Assembly (NCBI GenBank): GCA_041651235.1
Contig: JBAZJQ010000002.1
Span: forward strand, 3,434 to 67,433
Reading direction: 5' to 3'
Source of the DNA: Candidatus Pacearchaeota archaeon
GTDB taxonomy: Archaea > Nanobdellota > Nanobdellia > Pacearchaeales > GW2011-AR1
Length of the DNA stretch: 64,000 bases
The position numbers and the translations under genes are program-made. How positions within the stretch are numbered: the first letter of the stretch is position 1; each line of letters begins with the position of its first letter. Positions 53,344 through 61,131 of this stretch are shown piece by piece. The notes beneath the pieces are model-generated. The model was not told the DNA's origin. It worked only from the letters and a program-made list of their open reading frames with translations, and made no database searches.

Positions 53344-53685
53344 TTAATTACAAACTAATTCTTCTTTAGAATCTACATCTAAGTTCTTTTTTGTAAGCAT
53401 CCAATCAAGCTTAATTAAGTTTTTAACAAAGTCATTGTCCATATTAAGTTGGTAATAATCAGATTTTCCTATCTTTCTTGTTTTAATTATAATCCCAGAT
53501 TTAACAAAATCAGAAAAAAACATTTTAAGAGAATTATAACTTACATTGCTTTCTTTAGCTATTTCTGTTAAAGGATAATCAAAAAAATGAAACCCTATTA
53601 AAAAGTCAAGGACTCTTAACTGAGGAGTATCTCCAAATTGCATAAGGAAAAAACTTTTAGTTTCTTTTATTTTCATTTCATTCAT
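53344..53685 (-). CDS. winged-helix transcriptional regulator
   Basis: PQLRVLDFLIGFHFFDYPLTEIAKESNVSYNSLKMFFSDFVKSGIIIKTRKIGKSDYYQL is a wHTH pattern. Confidence 0.55.
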   Translation of the reverse strand: MNEMKIKETKSFFLMQFGDTPQLRVLDFLIGFHFFDYPLTEIAKESNVSYNSLKMFFSDFVKSGIIIKTRKIGKSDYYQLNMDNDFVKNLIKLDWMLTKKNLDVDSKEELVCN

Positions 53686-53706
53686 TTCATTAATTTAATT
53701 ATAATC

Positions 53707-53907
53707 TTATTTATTAACAGATTCGAGCACTTTTTTAACATCTCCAGAAAAAACCTTGCTTGCTCTTAAAATTTCTATTCCTTTAATTTTACCATTTTTA
53801 TCTATGTCTATGATTATTCCATTAGGAAGTTCTATACTTTTCCAATATTCTCCTTCATTTATCTCTATGTTCAAAATATCTTCTTCTTTATCATACCATT
53901 CTTCCAT
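53707..53907 (-). CDS. DUF2283-family protein (antitoxin-like partner)
   Basis: YDKEEDILNIEINEG...IIIDIDKNGKIKGIEILRAS is the typical DUF2283 pattern. Confidence 0.7.
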   Translation of the reverse strand: MEEWYDKEEDILNIEINEGEYWKSIELPNGIIIDIDKNGKIKGIEILRASKVFSGDVKKVLESVNK

Positions 53908-53912
53908 TTTTT

Positions 53913-54143
53913 TTAATCAAGCCAAAAGGCAGTTATTATTTTAATTTTTCCTTGTTGTTTTTTGTAAACAACTTTCAAAATTCTTCCTGAGGGAGGAATT
54001 CTGCATATTGCATTTAGAGCGTCTTCCCAATGTTTATCTTTTAATTCATTGGAATTTTTAACAGCATATTCAATTTCATAATCAGTTATATCTTTTCTAT
54101 ATTTTCTTTTTCTTTTCCAATGCTCTGAATTAATCACCTCCAT
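53913..54143 (-). CDS. DUF4258-like small protein (toxin-like partner)
   Basis: 76 aa. HWKRKRKYRKDITDYEIEYAV...RILKVVYKKQQGKIKIITAFWLD. It lies immediately upstream of the DUF2283 gene, a commonly observed pairing. Confidence 0.55.
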   Translation of the reverse strand: MEVINSEHWKRKRKYRKDITDYEIEYAVKNSNELKDKHWEDALNAICRIPPSGRILKVVYKKQQGKIKIITAFWLD

Positions 54144-54221
54144 CTATTATTTAAACTTTTATGTATTATATATTTTTCGCATTACAATAATCCTTAAATA
54201 TTAGAAAAGGATTTAATTTTT

Positions 54222-54740
54222 ATGAATAAGAAGATATTTGGTTTGTTTATTTTTAGTATTTGTCTTTTAATTAGCTTGAATTTTGTTTCTGCTGCTGTTT
54301 GTTATGATGGAAAATATTACAAAGACTGCGATAAAGTAATTGCAGAAGAAAAAGGGAGATATTACTCTCCTTACTATAATAATGGGAATTATTACACTAG
54401 CTCAAATGATTATAATTATTATCCTTCTTATAGTTATAATAGAAATTATAATGAACCAAGATATTATTATGATTCAGATAAAAAATACAGAGTAGAGAAT
54501 TTTAAGGATGTAACTGAATATAATAGAGAAACTTCTTGGACAATAAAAGACCCTTGGAATTATGAAAAGTATACTACAACAACTTCTGAAAAAACTTCAT
54601 ATGAAAAAAATACAAAAGAGCCTATAAGATATTCTCCATATAGATATAATCTCTATGATAATAATGGTTGGGATAGTTGGAGCTGGAATAAAGACAGAGA
54701 TACTTTTGATGATGACTGCGATGGATGGAGAGGTTGCTGA
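54222..54740 (+). CDS. secreted Tyr/Asn-rich low-complexity protein with terminal Cys pairs
   Basis: Signal peptide IFGLFIFSICLLISLNFVSA. The mature part is very rich in Y/N/S/D (YYSPYYNNGNYYTSSNDYNYYPSYSYNRNYNEPRYYYD). Cysteines are confined to both ends. Confidence 0.55.
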   Translation: MNKKIFGLFIFSICLLISLNFVSAAVCYDGKYYKDCDKVIAEEKGRYYSPYYNNGNYYTSSNDYNYYPSYSYNRNYNEPRYYYDSDKKYRVENFKDVTEYNRETSWTIKDPWNYEKYTTTTSEKTSYEKNTKEPIRYSPYRYNLYDNNGWDSWSWNKDRDTFDDDCDGWRGC

Positions 54741-54745
54741 TAAAA

Positions 54746-55045
54746 ATGGCAGTAAAATTAACTGGATATACACTTGAATACAAAGAAGTTGAGACTTTAG
54801 AATTTCCTAAAATACTTGATCACCTTGAAATAAATGGATTTTATTATAATGTTCGTGATTGTGAAGCTAAAGAAGGAGTAGGATGCAAATTGTATAAGGA
54901 TAAAAAGCAAATTGCAATAATTGAATATAATGATAAGAATGGTGATATGATAATAAAAACAACTGAAACAAAAAAACAATCTTCTTTTGAAAATATTTCT
55001 GTATTAGAAAAATTAATTGATGAGTTTATTTCTAAGAGTAACTAA
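54746..55045 (+). CDS. hypothetical protein
   Basis: About 99 aa from the ATG at 54746, just after the previous stop. Confidence 0.35.
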   Translation: MAVKLTGYTLEYKEVETLEFPKILDHLEINGFYYNVRDCEAKEGVGCKLYKDKKQIAIIEYNDKNGDMIIKTTETKKQSSFENISVLEKLIDEFISKSN

Positions 55046-55049
55046 AGAT

Positions 55050-55868
55050 TTATTTTTGAATAATATAAAACAACTCGTTTTCTGTTTGGAATTTTTGATA
55101 TTGCAGATTGTTTCTTTCAAGCATTAATTCAAACCATTTTCTATCTGGATAATTCATGAATTTTCTTGTTATTGTTTTTGTTGCAAAACTTGCAACAATA
55201 TACCTTGTTTTATTTATTAATTCTTTTATTAGCTCTTCGCTGATTTTATGATTTTCTTTATCAAGAATATCAATTACTTTAAACAAAAGAACAATATCTG
55301 ATTTTGGAATTTTTTTTATTTTTTCTGTATTTCTTAAATCCAATATCTTTGCAATTCCATTCAATCCCTGGTTTTTCATTGTTAAAAAATATTCATTTAA
55401 AAAATTTATATCTTCTTCATCAATATCGTAGGCAAAATAATACACTTTTTTTAAATTCATATAAGGATAAGATAATGGATTAAATCCTGAACCCAAATCA
55501 ATTATTGTCTGAGGAGTATTAGTTATTGAAAATATTTTTTTATAAATTTCAGAATAATTTTTTAATCTCTCTTTTGTTGATAAAACCATTGATAATAATT
55601 TGTTAATTGTAGAAGTTTCTTTTTGATTTTGTTTTAATTTTTCTAAGTACTGATATCTTTTGTTTTTTTTCTTAGTTTGAAAACTTGAATAAGATTTATG
55701 GAGACTTGCTCTTATAATCTTAATATCTTCTTTATTTATCTCCTCTGTTTTATTTTTTTCTAGATATTTTTTAATTTCTTCGACGATGATTTCATCTGAA
55801 ATTGTTTTGTATTTTTTATTTTTTTTAATTTCATCTAAACTGTTTTTAAGTAAATTATTTTTGATCAT
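55050..55868 (-). CDS. ArmA/Rmt (FmrO)-family 16S rRNA methyltransferase homologue
   Basis: The N-terminus IKKNKKYKTISDEIIVEEI is followed by LSTKERLKNYSEIYKKIFSITNTPQTIIDLGSGFNPLSYPYM and then YYFAYDIDEEDINFL. This parallels the H(A/S)ST.ERL...FY..IF....(I/L)D.(G/A)CG(F/L)NPLA and AYDID blocks of ArmA/RmtB as I recall them. Confidence 0.6.
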   Translation of the reverse strand: MIKNNLLKNSLDEIKKNKKYKTISDEIIVEEIKKYLEKNKTEEINKEDIKIIRASLHKSYSSFQTKKKNKRYQYLEKLKQNQKETSTINKLLSMVLSTKERLKNYSEIYKKIFSITNTPQTIIDLGSGFNPLSYPYMNLKKVYYFAYDIDEEDINFLNEYFLTMKNQGLNGIAKILDLRNTEKIKKIPKSDIVLLFKVIDILDKENHKISEELIKELINKTRYIVASFATKTITRKFMNYPDRKWFELMLERNNLQYQKFQTENELFYIIQK

Positions 55869-55958
55869 ATATTCAAAAGAAACAAAACCTTTATAAACCC
55901 TATTTTTTATGATATATTACAAACGTTTTTATTAAAACGATTTTGATTAAAACATAAA

Positions 55959-57245
55959 ATGGCTGTCGAAAAACCAACAATGAATGTCGTATTTGTAGGT
56001 CATGTAGACCATGGAAAATCTACAAGCGTAGGTAGACTTTTGTATGATTCTGGTGTTTTACCTGAACAAGAAATGAAAAAGCTTAAAGAAGAAGCTATTA
56101 AACAAGGTAAAGCTGGTTTTGAATTTGCTTATGTTATGGATAGAGTTAAAGAAGAAAGAGAAAGAGGAGTTACAATTGACTTAGCTTATCAAAAATTAAT
56201 TACACCTAAAAGACAAATTACAATTATTGATGCTCCTGGGCACAAAGACTTCGTTAAAAATATGATTACAGGGGCTTCACAAGCTGATGCTGCTTTCTTA
56301 ACAATTGCTGCTAAAGAAGGAGTTCAACCTCAAACTAAAGAACACTTATGGCTATTAAGAACAATGGGTGTTGGGCAAATTGCAATTAATATCAATAAAA
56401 TGGATACTGTTGAATATAAAGAAGAAGCATTCAAGAAAGTTAAAGAAGAAGTTTCTGCTTTATTAAAAACAGTTGGTATTAATCCTGAAAAAACTGTTTT
56501 CTTAGCTACAAGTGGTTTAATGGGAGATAATGTTTACAAAAAATCTGATAAAATGCCTTGGTACAAAGGACCAACTTTATGGGAACAATTAGATTTGTTT
56601 GATGAACCTAAAAAACCAACTGATTTACCAATGAGAATGCCACTACAAGATGTTTATGATATCACAGGTATTGGAACAGTTCCTGTTGGAAAAATTGAAA
56701 CAGGGATTATGAAAGTTGGACAAAAAGTTATTGCTTTACCTGGAAGAAGCGGAGTTGGAGTTGTTGGTGAAGTTAAATCTATTGAGATGCACCATGAACA
56801 ATTACCTCAAGCTTTAGCTGGATACAATGTTGGTATTAGTGTTAAAGGAATTGGAAAGAAAGATGTTGCTAGAGGAGATGTAATCTGTGATGCAGCTCAA
56901 CCAGCTACAATCGCAGAAGAATTCACAGCAAGAATAGCTGTTATTGACCATCCTACTGTAATTGCAAAAGGGTATACACCAGTATTCCATGTACATACAG
57001 CTCAAGTTCCATGTCAATTTATAGAATTAATGCATAAAATTGATCCTGCAAGTGGACAACCAATGCCAGGAAAAGTTGATTTTCTTAAAAATGGAGATGT
57101 TGCTGTTGTAAGAATAAAGCCAATGGGTAACCTAGTTATTGAAGATTCAAAAATAAACCCACATATGGGAAGATTTGCTATCAGAGACGCTGGTAAAACA
57201 GTTGCTGCTGGTAACACTATGTCTATTGTTGCTAAAAAAATTTAG
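55959..57245 (+). CDS. tuf: translation elongation factor aEF-1alpha
   Basis: [14 protein letters not shown] and NKMD, with strong codon bias. Confidence 0.95.
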   Translation: MAVEKPTMNVVFVGHVDHGKSTSVGRLLYDSGVLPEQEMKKLKEEAIKQGKAGFEFAYVMDRVKEERERGVTIDLAYQKLITPKRQITIIDAPGHKDFVKNMITGASQADAAFLTIAAKEGVQPQTKEHLWLLRTMGVGQIAININKMDTVEYKEEAFKKVKEEVSALLKTVGINPEKTVFLATSGLMGDNVYKKSDKMPWYKGPTLWEQLDLFDEPKKPTDLPMRMPLQDVYDITGIGTVPVGKIETGIMKVGQKVIALPGRSGVGVVGEVKSIEMHHEQLPQALAGYNVGISVKGIGKKDVARGDVICDAAQPATIAEEFTARIAVIDHPTVIAKGYTPVFHVHTAQVPCQFIELMHKIDPASGQPMPGKVDFLKNGDVAVVRIKPMGNLVIEDSKINPHMGRFAIRDAGKTVAAGNTMSIVAKKI

Positions 57246-57402
57246 AGCTGATTTTCAATAAGTAAACTTAATTGAATTCTTAAAAATGTTATCCACTATT
57301 TTTGCATATGCTATTGAATTCATCACAACTCTTAGAAAAGTTGTTTTAAGTTTCTTAGAAATGAAAATTTATGGGTGAAGGAAAAGCTATAATTGAATTT
57401 AT

Positions 57403-57490
57403 CTATAATTTATTAAAATATCAGATATGCAAATGAGATGATTAAAATTTGGATGAACCGATAACTTATTGTTTGTTTTAATAAGATATC
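57403..57490. repeat. intergenic MITE-like repeat, copy R10 (both arms present)
   Basis: ctataatttattaaaatatcagatatgcaaatgagatgattaaaatttggatgaaccgataacttattgtttgttttaataagatatc. The ends are inverted (ataatttattaaaa / ttttaataagatat). Confidence 0.55.
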
Positions 57491-57994
57491 AAAAAGAATA
57501 AACTTTTATTTTTGAGTTTTTCAAATAATTAAATTATAAAAAAGAAAAAAAAGAAAAAATAAAAGTTTTAGTCGTCCTCGTCCAAATCCAACTCGTCGAG
57601 AGAGTCAAAATCAGAATCATCAGATGCATTATCCCTCTTCATTTTTAATTTAGTATTATACCGAGACTATTTAAAGGTTTTTGTCATATTTTTAGATATA
57701 CTGAAAATCAACAAAATTTAAAAACCAAAGATGTTTTGTTTAGAATATCGCCTTCTTATATTCTAACCATAAAATTTATAAAGGTTTTAAATGTAGGATT
57801 ATTATCATAAATCACAGAAAGATTATAGAATATTCAAGATCATTGATATCACATTGATTATTATTGATGTCACTCTTATATTCACTTATTTGAGAGATAC
57901 AGATAGAAAAAGAAAATAAGGAAGAAGAATTCTAGAATCTTTACAAACTTTTTTAGAAAAATAAGTTTGAACAAAAAAACGAATATACCACAAT

Positions 57995-59191
57995 ATGGCA
58001 AAAATAAGTCCAGTATCGATAAAATACATAATTCATGCTAGATTCCAGGCAGAAGGAGCTGTTGAAAAACCAGATATAATTGGGGCTCTATTCGGGCAAA
58101 CAGAAGGTTTACTTGGAGATGATTTAGAAATGAGAGAGCTTCAAAAAACAGGGAAAATAGGAAGAATTGAGGTTGGAGTTAATTCTGAAAATGGAAGAAC
58201 CAGCGGGGAAATAGAACTTCCAAGTGCAATGGATAAAACAGAAACAACAATTATTGCTGCTGCTTTGGAAACTATTGAAAGAATAGGGCCCAGTGATTGC
58301 AAGATAATTATTGATGAAATAGAAGATGTAAGAGGAAGCAAGAGAGATTATATCTTGGAAAGAGCAAAAAAATTAATGGAAAAATTAGGAGATTCTGGAA
58401 ATGGTATTGATGAAATGACTAGTGAAATTAAAACTTCATCTAGAACTTCTAAAATACAAACTTATGGTACTGAAAATCTTCCTTGCGGGGATATTTCTGG
58501 TGATGAAATAATTATAGTAGAGGGAAGAGCAGATGTTGTTAATATGCTAAAAAATGGAATAAAAAATGTTATTGCAATGAATGGTGTTAATTTACCTGAA
58601 ACAATTAAACCTTTAACTAGAGAAAAACCAGAAGTTACTTTATTTGTTGATGGAGATAGGGGAGGAAATTTAATTATAAAAAATGTAACTGAAAATGCTA
58701 AAATTGATTTTATTGCTATGGCTCCTGAAGGAAAAGAAGTTGAAGAACTGACAAGCAAAGAAATTTTGCAGGCTTTAAGAAAAAAAGTCCCTGCTTCAGA
58801 ATATATCGGGGATAAAAGAAGCAGAGGAGTTAGAGAATATAAGGAAAAAGAATCTTATGAATCTGCTCCCGCAGAAACAAAGGTACCTTCTGCAGAAAGG
58901 AAAATTAAAAAATTAACTGCAAAAGAAAAAGAGAAGATAAAAGAAAATATCTCTGATTTAGTCGGGACAAAGGGAGCTTTTATTTTTAATGATAATTTAG
59001 AAATTACAAGAAAACTCCCTATGGGAAGATTACCCTATTTGGAAATTAATGAAGAACCTTATGTTATTGCAATTGATGGGACTGCAACACCCAGAATGAT
59101 TGAAGTATGTGAAAATTTAGGATGTCATAATCTTGTTGCAAATAATTTTGTTGCTACCGATACTAATATTAATTTGGTGAGTCTGCAATAA
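57995..59191 (+). CDS. dnaG: archaeal DnaG-type primase (TOPRIM)
   Basis: The N-terminus AKISPVSIKYIIHARFQAEGAVEKPDIIGALFGQTEGLLG is typical of archaeal DnaG. TOPRIM motifs are IIIVEGRADV and LFVDGDRGG. Confidence 0.9.
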   Translation: MAKISPVSIKYIIHARFQAEGAVEKPDIIGALFGQTEGLLGDDLEMRELQKTGKIGRIEVGVNSENGRTSGEIELPSAMDKTETTIIAAALETIERIGPSDCKIIIDEIEDVRGSKRDYILERAKKLMEKLGDSGNGIDEMTSEIKTSSRTSKIQTYGTENLPCGDISGDEIIIVEGRADVVNMLKNGIKNVIAMNGVNLPETIKPLTREKPEVTLFVDGDRGGNLIIKNVTENAKIDFIAMAPEGKEVEELTSKEILQALRKKVPASEYIGDKRSRGVREYKEKESYESAPAETKVPSAERKIKKLTAKEKEKIKENISDLVGTKGAFIFNDNLEITRKLPMGRLPYLEINEEPYVIAIDGTATPRMIEVCENLGCHNLVANNFVATDTNINLVSLQ

Positions 59192-59196
59192 TTGAT

Positions 59197-59249
59197 TTAT
59201 TGATAATTTTTTAGGACAAAAGATATGCAGATGAGAAGAAATGAATTTT
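59197..59249. repeat. intergenic repeat, copy R11 (left arm + core)
   Basis: ttattgataattttttaggacaaaagatatgcagatgagaagaaatgaatttt. Confidence 0.45.
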
Positions 59250-59270
59250 CAACAAATTTAAATACTCCTT

Positions 59271-59786
59271 TTGTTATTTATTATTATGGGAATAAAGAGG
59301 GGTTTGAAAAATATTTTTAAGTTTTCTGAAATTGAAAATGCAAAGAAAAATGTAGGTATCGCATTAATGATTTTAATCTTAGGATTAATTATTTTTAGCA
59401 TCTATTTTTTAGTTTTTTATGCAAAACCCTGCTCTGATGATAAGTGCTTTGTTAGTTCAGTGGAAACCTGTAAATCTGTTTCATGGGTTAGGGAAGATGA
59501 ACAAGCATCTTGGATTTATATTGTTAAAGGAAATGCCGGAGGAGATGCATGCAAAGTAGAAGTTAGATTAAAAGAAATGAAACAAGGAACAATCGATAGC
59601 GAAGGCTTGCAGGGAAAACAAATGACTTGCATCTTTCAAAAAGGAAGCACTCAATTTCCTGAAAAAGATATTTCACAATGCACAGGGCCATTAAAAGAAG
59701 AATTACAGGATTTAATTATTCAGAGAATGCATAATTATCTTTTGGAAAATGTTGGAGAAATTAAACAGGAATTTACAGCTGTTTAG
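59271..59786 (+). CDS. hypothetical TM-anchored Cys-containing protein
   Basis: 171-aa ORF (the start is possibly a downstream Met). TM segment VGIALMILILGLIIFSIYFLVFY and 7 Cys in the ectodomain. Confidence 0.45.
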   Translation: MLFIIMGIKRGLKNIFKFSEIENAKKNVGIALMILILGLIIFSIYFLVFYAKPCSDDKCFVSSVETCKSVSWVREDEQASWIYIVKGNAGGDACKVEVRLKEMKQGTIDSEGLQGKQMTCIFQKGSTQFPEKDISQCTGPLKEELQDLIIQRMHNYLLENVGEIKQEFTAV

Positions 59787-59840
59787 AATAATTTATTAAT
59801 TCTTGATTGTTAGTAAGGATAATTAAAACTAATAAATATT

Positions 59841-59915
59841 AATAATCTATTAAAACATAAGCAGAGTTGATGATTAAGCTAATAAACTCATCTGCAAAGC
59901 TGTTGTTTTATTACA
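59841..59915. repeat. intergenic MITE-like repeat, copy R12 (full length, about 75 nt)
   Basis: aataatctattaaaacataagcagagttgatgattaagctaataaactcatctgcaaagctgttgttttattac. The internal hairpin is GCA-GAGTT...AACTC-ATC-TGC. Confidence 0.55.
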
Positions 59916-59931
59916 TTACCAAAAAATAAAA

Positions 59932-60699
59932 ATGATAATTCGATTTGGTCCAGCAGGACTCGGGCCTGTAAAAGATGCAATTGAAAATCTTAGGATATAT
60001 TCTAAATTAGGACTAAAAGCATGTGAAATTGCATTTACTTATGGAGTTTATATTAAAAACAAAGAAGATGTGGATGCAATCAGAAATGCTGCAAAGCATT
60101 TTGGGATAAGATTGAGTATTCATGCACCTTACTGGATTAATCTTAATTCAAAAGAAAAAATTAAAATAGAACAAAGCAAGAAAAGAATATTAGATTGCTG
60201 TGAGACTGCTGAGTATCTTGGTGCTGAAATTGTTGTTTTTCATGCAGGTTATTATTCTGATATGGATAAAGAAGAATCTTACCAGAATATTAAAAGAGAA
60301 ATTTTAGAGATTTTGCATGAAATTAAGAAAAACAAATGGAAAGTTAAAATTGCTCCTGAAACCACTGGTAAGAACAGTGTTTTTGGTTCAATTGAAGATA
60401 TTGCAAGATTAGCTGAAGAAACTAAATGCAGTTTTTGCATTGATTTTGCTCATATTTTAGCTAGAGAAAAGGAAATTAATTGGGAAAGAATAAATGAAAG
60501 TTTTGGAAAATATGATAAATGGCATTGCCATTATTCTGGAATTGAATATGGAGATAAGGGGGAAAAACATCATAAAATAACAACTAAAGAAGACTGGAAA
60601 AGAGTTTTAGATAATATTCCTAAACACAAAGATATAACAATAATTAATGAGAGCCCTTCACCTGTTGAGGATTCTGTCTTGGGTTTGAGATTGGTTTAA
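59932..60699 (+). CDS. endonuclease IV-like / xylose-isomerase-like TIM-barrel protein
   Basis: LSIHAPYWINLNS, VVFHAGYY, KIAPETTG and CIDFAHILAR follow the Nfo-type metal-ligand pattern. Confidence 0.65.
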   Translation: MIIRFGPAGLGPVKDAIENLRIYSKLGLKACEIAFTYGVYIKNKEDVDAIRNAAKHFGIRLSIHAPYWINLNSKEKIKIEQSKKRILDCCETAEYLGAEIVVFHAGYYSDMDKEESYQNIKREILEILHEIKKNKWKVKIAPETTGKNSVFGSIEDIARLAEETKCSFCIDFAHILAREKEINWERINESFGKYDKWHCHYSGIEYGDKGEKHHKITTKEDWKRVLDNIPKHKDITIINESPSPVEDSVLGLRLV

Positions 60700-61003
60700 T
60701 TTTTTTTAATTGAATTTCTTTAGGTTTTACTGGAATTTGAACTGGTTTTTCTGTTTGTTCTTTGGGTATATCTGAAGTATACTCGTGTTTTCTTGCTATA
60801 TTCCAGTCAATGTTTCTAAGTATACTCTTTGCTACTTCAGGTTTCTTTCTTATTTGATTTAAAATATGAAGAATTTTCTTAATTAATTCGTTATAAGTTT
60901 CTCTTTCATGCTCTTTTAGATTATCTAGTCTAATTTTTGTTTCTTTCTCTATTTTAATCGTCGTTATATTGTCTTTAATTGGCTTTTTTATTGCTTTGGT
61001 CAT
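60644..61003 (-). CDS. RHH-like small DNA-binding protein with a basic/Pro-rich tail
   Basis: TIKIEKETKIRLDNLKEHERETYNELIKKILHIL has the beta-strand/helix/helix layout. Its 3' end overlaps the convergent gene by about 56 nt. Confidence 0.45.
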   Translation of the reverse strand: MTKAIKKPIKDNITTIKIEKETKIRLDNLKEHERETYNELIKKILHILNQIRKKPEVAKSILRNIDWNIARKHEYTSDIPKEQTEKPVQIPVKPKEIQLKKIKPISNPRQNPQQVKGSH

Positions 61004-61131
61004 ACTTTAGTACACCAAAGTATACTATTTAAAGATTTATGATTTGTAATTATTATTAAGTTACTACACTATAGAAACCTTTATAAACAGGATATTGTTG
61101 CTGATATTAATTAAATTTTAAAAACCCTAAC

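Noticed and set aside
57568-57642. 24-aa acidic micro-ORF (MKRDNASDDSDFDSLDELDLDEDD) on the minus strand.
   Set aside because: It is too short, lacks an SD or TATA context that I can point to, and has no neighbours. It is kept only as a note inside the finding on the tuf-dnaG spacer.
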